From: Azolla caroliniana
Lineage: Eukaryota > Plantae > Polypodiophyta
NCBI GenBank assembly: GCA_043228905.1
Contig: JBHGNT010000005.1
Coordinates: 11,904,001-11,968,000 of the forward strand
Length of the DNA: 64,000 nucleotides
Direction: 5' to 3'
The position numbers and the translations under genes were made by a program. The notes beneath the pieces were generated by a model. It ran no database searches. It was not told where the DNA came from and saw nothing but the letters and a program-made list of their open reading frames with translations. Below are positions 1-12,600 of the stretch, in pieces. How positions within the stretch are numbered: the first letter of the stretch is position 1; each line of letters opens with the position of its first letter.

Positions 1-19
1 TCAAAAAGCTGAGTTTTTC

Positions 20-430
20 AACATGAACCCGATACATTGTATCGGGTTCATGTTTAAAGTTTTTTTTTTCTATTTATTTTGGGTCTTTTTGTTTTTTTTT
101 TAAAATTTGAAGTGATGAAAAAACTAGAGTTTTCATCAGAAGTCGATACAATGTATTGAATTCATGTTTAAAGTTTTTTTTTTTCCAAAACAAAATTGAA
201 AAAAAAAATGAAAACAATTTTAAAAAATTACTTTAAACATGAACTCTATACATTGTATTGAATTGTGGTGAAAAAACTGGTTTTTTCATCAATTCAAGCT
301 CCTTTTTTTATTTTTATTTTTTTTAAATCCGAGAAAAAAACTTTGAACATGAATTTGATACATTGTATGTAATTGTGATCAAAACTCTGTTTTTTACATC
401 AACTCGATATAATGTATGGAGTTCATGTTT
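20..430. repeat. Degenerate array of palindromic units (~55-120 bp spacing), probably transposon subterminal/internal repeats
   Basis: Perfect palindrome AACATGAACCCGATACA-T-TGTATCGGGTTCATGTT at 20-54; decayed copies near 141-170, 235-265, 345-375 and 400-430, separated by A/T runs. Confidence 0.7.
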
Positions 431-1503
431 AGAAATCTTCTTTGTTTTCTAATAAACGAGGTTTAGGGTTTATAGGAACTCGAATTGTACTAAAATCTCT
501 GTTTTTACAAGAGAAAAAGATGCATATTGATACTACAAAGAAGTATGTTGCACAACAAGACACCTTATGGTGAACATGTGCTTCATTGATTAACAAAAAA
601 CCATTAATAATTGTGTTGATGGTAATTGAACATTGCAAATGCCATTTACATGGTCTATAAAATATTCTCGTGGTTCTTAATCACCACTTCAAGCACTTAA
701 TGTTGATCTCATAGTTTGGTTCATCTACAACAGAGAAACATTTATCGATTACATAGTATATCACGAAATAGTTTTTTGAGAATACCTGTTCCTCCTATCT
801 TCCGTACAGGGGTAACCAAGCTTTCGTCAATCATCGACCAATCAGCTATCGCTGTTTGATGAGGGGATATTCAAAACAAAAAAATTAAAGCAATTTTCTG
901 AACTGGAGGTATAAAAAAATTTCTTAAAGCAAAGTTACTTTTCGTATTTGGCCAAATTTTGACCTTTTTCAATTTTACCAAATGGTGAAAATTTTAGCTT
1001 TTTCATCAAGTTTTTGAGAACATGTGATACTGGTATCAAGGTGTTTTGTGAAATGGCCAAAAAAGCCCCAAAATCAGACCAAATATTCCTTATCCTTCCA
1101 TTTGTACGTGATCCTTCCACTTGTGAACGTGAACGTGTTAAAAAGGTTTTTGTCGCTTACAATCGTGATCCATGAATTCATTGGGTATCTTGCATTTCCT
1201 AGGGTATTGCAACTGCCAAGCGCTTCATTGGGTTTGTTATGGTCCTTCTTCGAAGTGCGTTGATAGCGAAGAACTATTTCAATGGCCTCTTCGAAGGATT
1301 TGGGATCCTTATCATGCACTATCTAGTGATAGTCCGAATCGGGGATGCCATTGACAAAACAAGCTATCAACCAATTGTCCCCTTCTAGACCCGATTTTCA
1401 GATTTGGGTTCTAGCATGGTGAACATAGTCTTCTAACGAGGAAAATTTCCGGCTAGAGAGGTTCATTAACGCTTGTGCTGCCTTGGTTCGAGATGCAGGT
1501 TGT

Positions 1504-1571
1504 AGAAATTAGCCCTTAAAATTTGTGACAAAGTTTGTCCAGAAATTGGCCCTTAAAATTTCCCCGTAGTG
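1504..1571 (-). mobile_element. Probable terminus of a CACTA/EnSpm DNA transposon (other end not found in window)
   Basis: Reverse complement reads CACTACGGGGAAA..., followed by two copies of the subterminal motif AATTTTAAGGGCYAATTTC. Confidence 0.5.
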
Positions 1572-2419
1572 TGGAGCCCACACAACCAGGCAACAACCTT
1601 ACCCCCTAGTTCCTGACCAACATATGCAATCTTCGTACTATCTGGCTTGGAATAGAGCTCAAAATGAGACTCCCATCGGCCCAACCACGTGTAGATTGCT
1701 TTTTCGGTTCTTTCCTTTCTTTCTCCCGTAAATGGCTTTACGACAAATGATGGTTTTCTTTGACGCTCATTGGGTTTATTAGTATCATGTTGTAAACTAA
1801 TGACATGTGCCTCGAGAGCAGTATGAGATTGCCGAAGTTAGGAAATCTCATGCAAGGTAGAATTAAGGAAATTTTGTATTTGTAAAAAAAATGACTCAAT
1901 GGGGATTGACCCAGGAGGATTTCCTTGAATTCCTTCCGCTTGGGTGGATGACATCGGGTCATTATTATGAGCCATTGAATGATAATTTTTGGCATAGAAA
2001 TAGGATAAGGTCAGACAAATAGTCATAACATCATGTCGTGATGTAAACATATCATGGGCGAACATTGATTGATATCATGATCTCACGTCAATACCCCTCT
2101 AGACGTATGAGATGAGGTTCAAGATCAAGTTACTATGGTAACACAAAGGTGTTTTAAAAACCATGGGGGTGACAAATGAATGTCTTTCCCTGATCTCTAT
2201 ATCAATTTTTTCATGGCGGCTCCCCGAGGCTCAACCATGTATGTTTGCGTCATGAATAGTTTAAACACAAAAAAATGTTAACAATAAACTATGTCTTTGT
2301 GCCCACCCATGTGGTTTCAGCTTTTTAAGTCCTATTATGAGGACCCCGAAGTGCACTTAGACCTAAAGTCTAAACATGTATTATTAGTCATATGTATCAA
2401 CGATGTTGTATGGTCTTGA

Positions 2420-2485
2420 TCATATTTGAACTCGAGACCTCGAGAACAAATGCATTAACCACTTTAGCTAACCAAATAGGTTGCT
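2420..2485 (-). mobile_element. Degenerate tRNA-derived SINE head
   Basis: Minus strand has A-box-like TAGCTAAAGTGG and B-box-like GAGTTCAAAT at tRNA-like spacing. Confidence 0.3.
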
Positions 2486-5377
2486 CGTGGTGAATGTTTA
2501 ACATTTTATGTGTATAAGAGATGTGCAAAGGCATTTGCCTATATATGTTTTTTAAAAGAAAACATATATGTCGAGAGTCCTTATTTCCCCCTCGTTTACT
2601 ACAAAACTATGTTGGTACATTACCTAACCTCAAGTCTTATAATTACGATGGCATACGCCAAAGTGCAACCTAATGGTCAAGCCAAATGAGCCCTCTTTTC
2701 ATAGTAGGCCAACATGACCCATCACATGGTTACTTCATTACAAATGCATTCCGTAATGATGATCTCATGGTGGCATCGTATCCATGTAACGAGGGACGGA
2801 TGTTGGATATGTGTGTCATAGGAGCGACCTCACATGAAGTGGGTCAAGCCCTATGTGCTCAACATTATTGTGGCTATGATCATTTCATTATAGCGCATAA
2901 CAAAATTGAAGTGACCAACCGGGATGACAACAAAACAATTGTTGAAAAAAGGATGGTGATGATGCCATTCCCACAAAAATGTGACGACAGCCACTAAGAT
3001 CCTTTCCCCGAAAAGGACAACATTCGATATACAAAATCACATAATAACTAATATACACATATGTATGTTTATCACATGTATACAATCAAATACGTATACA
3101 TGTGACCACACATGCGTATAGTAAAAAACAATCGTTACAACATAAAATAGCCAACAAATGATGAAATCAAGACATGTAATCGAGGCATATAGCCTCTATG
3201 CACATGAAACATCCAAAAATAAGGGTGAACGTAATACGCAATTGAGGTATTAACCTCGTATGCATACGACACGAATCACATATTATCAAGTATATGTCAA
3301 ATGAAGTATTGATCTCATACATATATGTATACATTTTATACAACCAATCCATTACCACTACAACATCATTGAATCAATAAAAAAAATACATATTGACTAT
3401 ACATGATTAGATTGGGAGAAGAAAGAATAGAAAAAAAATAAAAAAGAGTTACCGAAGTTCGCTTGTTAATGCATTTCTGAATCAAGGTTGACTGCACACC
3501 GATCGATCGACATCCATCAAAAGAAAACAATGAACAAATGAAACATTAGAAACATGGCTTCTGTTACCAATTGTAAGATTATGTTCTAAAGTAAGCATAT
3601 GATAAGGATAACAAAGATATATTAATAAAAAAGGAGAGAGAGAAAGAAGGGTGTCGATCCACTCGACCACCCCCAAGCGAAGGGATCGAGATAGACTCGA
3701 GCCTCGATCGGCATCTCATACCACCACTATGGTGTCGAGTCATCCTTGTTGCTGGCGCACTCGCTACAAGAGTTGACCCACCACAAGAATGGAGTCTCGA
3801 CGTAGTCAAGAGATGATCAAATGATGGTAGTTAGGCCTCATATTGATAGCCAGACCCAAGGCCCCCGGGCAAGTTCACAGTTGGCCTAATGGGTTGTCCC
3901 AATCCCAAGGATTAAAAATAATCATTTCCTTCTTTACGCTCTTGTTTAACCCTCACAATTTATCCACATGTATAGAATACTACGATACATTCTCACCACG
4001 GGATATTATATGATCATGCCCGTAACAATTCTCGTGTTCCCAAAGCTCACCAAAGTGAGATTGGATTCATGCACCACATGTTTTGAAACACTTTGATTTC
4101 CTATGTGTATCCCTTCTAATGTTGTAGAGTCACAAGAGATTACAACTTCAAAGTTCATTTTATATTAATTGTAGTTTAAAGGCCAATGACCAACATAAGC
4201 CTTATTTTCAAAACAATTTCTCCCTAAGTAAAGTTCGAATAATGATCACAATGATTTATTGTTCTCATTCTTCTTCTCGATGGATAGAGTGCCACATCTT
4301 TCACTTTTGCATGATGTGACACTAATGACTTTTCCAAAGCTACATTAGGGAGGCTGGAGCTGAAGTTTGGTCATGATGACAAGGAAGTTTTACATATACT
4401 GGCTTGTTGAATGAAGTTAATGTCATATCCACATTCTTTGCTAAATTCATGGAAATAAACACAGGCCGTTTAAAAGAGTGTTCACACTTTGTTGTTGATG
4501 ATTAATTAATGAGATTCAAAGAATGTAAGACTAAACAACAAAAATGTTTTGAGCTCATTTGAGTTTTGTGGTTCCCTTCGTCGTGTTGCAAGGCTTTTCT
4601 TCCATAGGCATGTTTCACTCGTCACCTTAATCAAGCTTATTGTGAATCCAAATGGTAGAAGAAAGAACAAAATTCCATCTCGCCCCAAAGTTAGAGAAAG
4701 AATACATGCTTTGAAACACAAAACTTCTTATCATGTATGCCCTTTGCAGTAATTTTATGTGAACTCCAATCTAACTCTTACCTAAAAATCGATATGAAAT
4801 AATCTTTTGAAATTTAGAATGTGATATTTTGACAACAAAGAGACAATGAAATTAATAACTTGGTGATCAAAATAAATAAATAAAATCGTGTCCCTAATTC
4901 GAGTTGAATGTAGTGGTAAGCTAGTCTCCTTGAATATGTCCGATATGAAAGCATTGACTTAAGTCATTGAAATGAAATAAAACTTCAAAAATGAGCTTGC
5001 AACATGACGGCATCAAAATGGGTGGTTATGAAGACATGTTGAGACAAGCTTGAGAAGCAAATGAATTGCATGGTGTCATCATTTTCGTAGAGGATGGACA
5101 AGGGGTGTGATTGCATACAACAACAATCCGAATGTGGATGCACAATGGATTTGGCTGACAGGCCTGCCAATAATCCACATTAAACAACACACATGAACAC
5201 CTAATATCAACGAAAGGTTTGAGATGAGATTCCATGCAAACCCCGAATACATTTTATTCACGGTCACAAGGCTGTTTGTATCTCTTGTGTGTGAGCAAAC
5301 ATTGAGTGCGTGATTTGATATCCAAATCCATGTACACGTGCATGCCCATGTACGAGCACACGAAAAGACGCGGACAT

Positions 5378-5500
5378 CGTGGTGTCTAACTACCACCAAA
5401 TATTTATAAGGGCAAGTGAGGGAATCGCGGAGAGGGACAATGCAGGTCGCTAGATGAGGGTGCGTGCGATCTACACCGTGCAATCTGGATGAAGAAAAGG
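5378..5500 (+). repeat. Left terminal inverted repeat of the MULE
   Basis: Highly similar to the reverse complement of 20110-20230. Confidence 0.8.
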
Positions 5501-5615
5501 CGTGAAAAACCGCGCCATCAAAAGTCCAATTTTAGGGGAGCCCGACTATATGAATGGGATTGACTATAAAAACCCATACCTATCATTTTTTCCTGTTTAC
5601 AAACAGGTAGACAGA

Positions 5616-5637
5616 GGTTTAGGGTTTAGGGTTTAGG
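5616..5637. repeat. Telomere-like/telo-box (TTTAGGG)3
   Basis: GGTTTAGGGTTTAGGGTTTAGG. Confidence 0.8.
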
Positions 5638-5718
5638 AGCGAGGCTCACCACCTACTGTCCGCGAGCACCTGTTGGGGGCATCTTCAGTGAGGCGCACCA
5701 CCTCTAGAGGTATGTATC

Positions 5719-7065
5719 ATATTTCTTGTCTATTTATGAATTGCTTAATATTTGTGTGTTCAATTTGTGAAAGCTCAAAAATTTGACGCATAAAATTGGA
5801 TAGGCCCTAATTGTATAGGCCCAAAATTTGGAGTTTCCTCTCCAAGATCTCTCTCAGTTTTGAAAAATGATGAGAGAACCTGAGTGTTAGTCTGTTAAAT
5901 ATCCTACAAGTTTTGGGGTCTATTATGATGGGAATAATGATTTGCATTGTTTCTGGCTTGATGCACACTTTTTGTGCTCTTTTTGATGAAGGGTATGCAC
6001 TATTTCTTCCATTTTGAAGCCATGTGTTCAATATTCATGGGCATAATTAAATATGGGTTAAGGAAATGATCTGAAACACTAGCTTTTTCTTTTTGTTGTT
6101 AAAATGTGTAAAAAATTATATATCATTACAATGAGATCATGAACTAGCTTTACAAATGATAATAAACATATTTTAGTTGGAATTTTACCTAGCCAAAGAA
6201 ATTGAATCAGGCATAAATATCGTCACACCCTTCTTGTAGTCTCACATAGTTATGGGTAGGCAAGTCAAGATAGGGAAAAGATAGGGAAAAGTATATCTTG
6301 ATTCATTCTCTGTTTTTGTTAACAATTTTCTGAATTTCGATAACTAGCCTTGACTCTACTAACGAAGACAAAGTAACCATGGGGAAAAGTATATCTTGAT
6401 TCATTCTCTGTTTCTGTTAACAAGTTTCTGAATTTTGATAACTAGCCTTGAACCCAACTAACAAAGACAAAGTAACCATGGCCAATGGTTGCAAATTTCT
6501 GAATTTCATTGCAATTGAAGACTTCCAAAAGTTATTCATGTAAATAGTAGTAAATAAACCAAAAAGGAAGATAATCAGCAAGGGGCCAAGGTGGATGTGT
6601 AAGGGCACCCCTGTATACCACAGGTGTCGGAATGACGTAAAATCCTACACTAGTGCAAAGAGAATGTTCTCATTCTGGAAGAGAATTGGAAGTTCAACAA
6701 GTCAATAATCCTTTAAGAAAGTAGAGAAGAAAATGGGAATGAAAACATCAAGAATTCAATTCAAGCTATGTTTCGGGAGCTGAAAGCAAACTGGTGCATG
6801 ATGAAAGAACAAGAAGAAAATTAAATTTCATGAATCAGATTTTAAGTTTTGATGAAGAATCAGACACTGAGTAGCTCCCTATGTGAAGATGCGGTGCCCA
6901 TCGAGAGTTTCTTAGCATCTCTATCATGGTTCATGAGAGTGGCTATCAACATAATCTCTCCCCATAGACAACAATCAATCCTCTTTCTCATACTGATATT
7001 TCTTTTCTATTTATGAATTGCTTAATATTTGTGTGTTCAATTTGTGAAAGCTCAAAAATTTGACG
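5719..7065. repeat. 70-bp direct repeat (5719-5788 and 6996-7065) bracketing ~1.2 kb
   Basis: 69/70 identical. Confidence 0.85.
6284..6480. repeat. ~98-bp tandem duplication
   Basis: GGGAAAAGTATATCTTGATTCATTCTCTG...AAAGTAACCATG present twice with a few mismatches. Confidence 0.85.
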
Positions 7066-7220
7066 GTTAAATACCAAATTTGACGAAAAAGCTAACTATG
7101 TTTCTTAGTTGGCAATTCCCTATAGTAAAATGTGTGAATAGCATCTTAATCTACAAACATAATTCCTTCTTTACAACATACACGTTAGGCATAGAACAAG
7201 CCTACAAGTCAAGATCATAC

Positions 7221-7990
7221 CAGGTGTGAGAGAATTCTTAGCAGTTGATGCTATAGAAGTAGCAACTACCATCTTTGTTTTCATAACACATGGCAGGGGT
7301 TGCATAAAAGCATTTAGTGGAGCTGGAGGAATTTGTTGTTGGAGCATCATTCTCTCACCACCATGATGGTAGTATTGCAAAACTAGTATATGGAACTTCC
7401 CTTGGGAATCCAATATCAAATATTCTTTCCCTGAAAGACTACATATACTGACCACTTGTTCTGACATTTTCATCGGAATGATTTGGTTGTGGAAAGGAAC
7501 AAAAAGTCCTTCCTGTACTCCCTTCGTAAATTCATCTTTCTGAAAGGTACAAGTTGTTTCCACATTAGAGAATATAGAGGAAGTTGAGCTATGGCAAGAA
7601 GAAGACTGAGCAACAGCTCTGTGAGTAGTGCAGCAGAAAATTGGAGCCGATGATGATGCATTCGAAGAAGAAGAAAATACTGAAGATTGTGAAGTTCTTG
7701 GCTGGCTATTTGGTTCCTCCTAATCAAATTCACCTTGTTCACCCCCTATAAACAGATTACCAAGACAAGTCACAAAACATTGACCGTAAGGAATATGTAT
7801 AGATCAAAATTCACTGAATCATTTACCTTTTTGGCTATAACTTAACTTACTAGATGCATCTACAAGCATGACCCCATTCGGTCCTGTTGGAATAGCTTCT
7901 AAATTTAGTCGGGCATTAACTGGTACTAAACCGGTTTCGTTGCAATTGCATCTTTGACCTTTTATCTTCCTTTTAGTACAGTTTGAATTA
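7221..7990 (-). pseudogene. Captured host-gene fragment (two exons and one intron) inside the MULE
   Basis: Exon 7745-7221 encodes ...VVSICSLSGKEYLILDSQGKFHILVLQ...MQPLPCVMKTKMVV with one in-frame stop; GT-AG intron 7826-7746; donor GT after 7221; no TE motifs. Confidence 0.55.
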
Positions 7991-9657
7991 TCAAGAAAAG
8001 ATGTAATTAATTGTCTTCAAGTTTAAAACCATGAACCCATTCTCAAGCACATCCACATCATGCGGATTCTTGTCTTTTGACGATGGCACGTGTTTTGTAC
8101 AGATGGGTAGTCGGTCCAAGACCTTCATAGACTTTGATGCGGATTGGGGTGAAACAATACCCTATGAAGGGAGGTATGGCCTGAATCATTTCTCAATCAT
8201 ATATTGTGTATAAATAGTGATGTTTGTGTGCTAACTTGAATGATGGTTTAGGGTTTTTGTAAGAAAGGGTGTTAGGTGCCCCAAATCCAACAATATGGAT
8301 GTTGAAAACATCATTACTGAAGACTCGAACATGGATACGAACCCCATACATGACGTGGGGCCAAGTGTTGAAGATATCAATGTAAATGGTGAGTTGATGT
8401 ACATTCTTATAATCATTATTGAAGTAATTATATATTGGTTTTTTCTAATGCAAATGTCACACCATTGTTGTAGTGGACAACCCAACCCCATGTCCCTCTT
8501 CAAGGCGGGAAGAGACTCGACAGGTATCAAATGTCGCACATGTATCGTTGGAGATTCATGTAGAAAAGAGGTACGATGGTTTCGCAAAAAAGCTGACATG
8601 GAGGCTCACTTACAGAAGGCACATGGCATCCGTGTAGTATTGCCTCGGGGGCTAAAGATAGAAGAAGAAGAGCAATCAACCTCCATGAGGAGTACAACCA
8701 CGTCATTCTTCAGCCACTACGAAAGACAACGATCAATAAAGCGTTTTTTGGATCCGAAGCTAAAGTACAATAGATCACGCCAATCACACATGAGGAAGTT
8801 GAGGACAAGAGCGATTAAGATCTTCAAAGCCACTCCAAACGCACTTCGAACATCCAAGGAGGCCGATTTTATTGCCCAATTCGTCAGCCAAGAGATGACC
8901 AGGCATGACGAGGAAAAGGAGCATAGGATGGCAAATTTGAACTTGAAGATTGCGGTTGTCTAAAGCTTATGTAAGTATGGTTTATGATTATGTGTGCATC
9001 TTATGTGAGTCTAAAAAGTGTGAATTATTATGTGTGAATTTTATGTATGAATTTTAGTGTAAGAATCAGGGAATTCCCATGCCAGAAGATGAGACACATG
9101 TCGAGATTGATGGTGGTCAAGAACAACTGTCAGAATCGACAACCCAATAACCAAGGAGGCCTAAAATCCAAATCCGCAAGAAAAAAGTGGACCCTGGTAA
9201 TTTGTCGTTCATTACATCATCTTACACAGATGAGGGTGCGGACATTGGGATTGTCTTTGTTGATCCTGGGACAATCACGAAAACATGGGATAACACAACA
9301 AGAAATAAGTTCACTAGGTATGTCGTTATGGTGGGGGCATGAGATCAATAGTTAACTTCATGTTTTTTTTGTAGTTCCTAATCTGGCCTAATAAACAGGT
9401 TTCAAGTGGCTTGTCGACAATTAGATCTAGCGGTCTTTTTTACGGAGGTAGAACTATGTTCGTTGTGCATTGTAGGGGAGATGGCATCCACATGGATGAT
9501 GACCCTCTTCCGCTTATGGATGGAGTACTCGTTGCCCCCCAAGATCAACAAGCAGTTTCATATTGTGGATCCACTATGGGTACAACTAGAAGGCCAAAGT
9601 GATAAGGGTGAAGACATACTCACTCGGGTCCCTGAACGAGAATATTTCTTCATTCCG

Positions 9658-12600
9658 TGTAGAAACGAGGGTGCGGAAGCGTCAGACAAACCGGCTTAGC
9701 CGGATAGCAGCAGAGAGAGAGAGAGATTAATACGCGAGAGAGAAAGAGAAGGAGTAGAACATTCAAATTCTATTGCAAAACAATAATAGTTCTCTGTACA
9801 TACAACGTGCTCAACAACAATATTTATATGAGTTCTAAGAGGACTGACAGAAGTACTATGTACTTCAATGCTCACACGAGCGTCTGACACTAACTACGAG
9901 TCATTAACTACCTAGTAGTCTAGGCTGCCACTAGGCTTCCAGTTACTGCTGGATCCGGCTAACTAGCTCCCCAGCTCACCGGCTTGCTTGCTCACCGGCT
10001 CACCGATCTGGCTCATCCTTCCGAATACCAATCCGGCTCAGGCTTATTCAGCCGATCCGGATCTGGTTGAGCTTGCCGCTCAACACTCCCCCTCAAGCTC
10101 AACTTGAGGTCGGATCGTAGTGTCAATTCCCATGGCAGTCGGTCCTTCCACCTGGCTCCTTCTGGCATTACTCCGCCTCGCTCGCACTCCTCGTCCGGTC
10201 CGGTTCCGTTTGTCGTGACCCTTCTGATTCTACGCACCTCGACCTCCTCGGTCAGTTTGTCTACTCAACATGCCCAATTCAGCTCCCTCGCTAATGTGAC
10301 TTCGGCACTTGTTGACCCGCCGATTCCTTCGTGTTGGCGTCGACTTCCTCTGCCTTCTCGTTCGCTTGGCCTTCAGTTGATCTAATTCTTCCGAATCCGT
10401 CTGTTGAACCGAATTGACTGTCTCCGATTCGTTCCAGCTCTTGTCCGAATTGGTCGCTCCCGATCCATCTTCCGGTTCCAGGCCCTTCACCACATCGGAC
10501 CATGTCCGGGTCTTGGCCTTCTTCTTCCGGTCAGCTCTGTCCTTCTTGACTCTGCCGTCGGTGCCGCTTGTTCCGACTTGTTCGGATGTGTCAACTTCCT
10601 TTGTTGACTCGGCTCCTTTCTTCTTCTTGTCTCCCCCTTTGTCGGTTCTTCCCTCACCGGCGCAATCGGCAGTTTCTTTGCCTTTGCCTGTTCCGGTGAC
10701 TTTGCCCGTTCTCCCCCTCAAGTGTGGCACGTCGAGATGCTGAACACCAAGCATTTCGGTGAAGTGCTGCAACTTGTCTGATCCAAGCGGTTTGGTGAAG
10801 ATGTCGGCAACTTGCCGGTTCGTATGAACATACCGAAGTTCGACTTCACCACTCAAGACACGCTCACACATGAAGTGGTAGTGCACTTCTATGTGCTTTG
10901 TGTGAGCCTGAAATACGGGGTTCTTGGTGAGTTGCATCCTACTTATGTTGTCGTAGTAGATCAGGATCGGGGTCGACACCTTGATCCGCAGGTCTTGTAG
11001 CAGTCGCCGAAGCCAAATGGCTTCATAGGTGGCAATGATAGCGCCCCGGTATTCAGCCTCAGTGCTCGAAAGGGCCACTGTTGGCTGCTTTTTGTTGCTC
11101 CACGCAACAGCCATGCTAGCAAGGGAAAACATATAGCCGGAGGTGGATCGGTGATCCGATGCATCGCCGGCCCAGTCGGCATCGGTGTAGCCGACTAACT
11201 CTTCGATTATACCATGCCAGTATAACAGTCCCCGTTCCTTCATGCCACTCACATATCGCAAAATTCGATGCGCGCATAGAAGGTGCTACACGGTCGGCTT
11301 CTACATATATTGGATGATCACATCGACCAGATAACTGATGTCAAGTCAGGTGATTGTCAAATATATAAGGTTTCCGACGATTTGACGGAACCGCTTCTCA
11401 TCGTAGGCCGGTCTAGAGTCGGGACGGAGCTTCTGGTTCTGGTCCAAGGGTGTGGAGATCAGTCGGCATTCCATCATCCCGAACTTGTACAGCATATTCA
11501 ACACATAGTGTCTTTGTGAGAGCAATATGTTGTCGAGGGTTCGGATCACCTCGATCTCAAGGAAATAGTGAAGGTCCCCCAAGTCCTTCATCTCAAATGC
11601 ATCCGACATCGGGGACTTGACTCAACTAATTTCATCGAGTCAGGGTTCGGTGATGACTAGATCATCAACATACAACAAGATGCAAACCAGACCGTCCGGA
11701 CCTTGCCAAATGAACAACGAAGAGTCGGACTTGGAGGCCGCAAACCCCATCTTACGCAACGGGTGCGCGATCTTCGCATTCCAAGCTCGGGGGGCTTGCT
11801 TTAGGCCATAAAGTGACTTCTTCAGCAAGCATACACCGACTTGTTCATCTCCGACTGGAAATTGGGGGGTTGGGTCATAAAGACCTCTTCTTCAAGATCG
11901 ACTTGAAGAAATGCATTCTTCACGTCCATCTAGTGAAGATGCCACCCCCTTGCCGTAGCAACCACTAGCACCACACGAACCGTCGTCATCTTCGCTACCG
12001 GAGTGAAGGTCTCATCGAAGTCGATTCCGTGAGTCTGCGCGTATCCCTTCGCCACTAACCGGGCCTTGTACCGGTTAACCGAACCGTCGACATTGTACTT
12101 TACCTTGTACACCCACTTACATCCGATCGATTTACAGTGTTGGGCCTTGTCAACTAGGTCCCATGTGTCGTTGGCATCAAGTGCCCGCATTTCTTCCTCC
12201 ATAGCGGCACGTCAATTTGCGTCCTTTGCCGCTTTTGCGTAGCTCTCCGGTTCACGCACCTCCGCCACCTTGGTCATGTACGCATAGTGATGCACCATGT
12301 ATTCATTGTACCCGTACCGCTTTATGGGGTTCTTCTGGCAGGAAGACCAGCGTAATCTATCGTTACCCGGTTTGAGGCCCTTCTTGGCCGGTTCGGACTT
12401 CGTTCCCGAAGATCCGCCTTCTTCCTTACTGGAGTCGGATTCTCTCCGATCCGACTCAACGTTGCCGGTTTCGTATTCCGGCATCTTCTTCTTCCCCTTC
12501 TCTTTGCGCGTGAACCGTCTCATCAGTTCCTTGCGCGGGGAGAGCACAACAAAGTCTCCACTACTCATCGATTCCTCATCCGACTAGTCATCCCGACTCA

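Noticed and set aside
1074-1319. gag-like peptide KDPKSFEEAIEIV
   Set aside because: Too short and no LTR or pol context; cannot be supported.
1600-5300. Short ORFs, possibly a decayed transposase on the minus strand near 4200-4750
   Set aside because: No diagnostic motif recoverable by eye.
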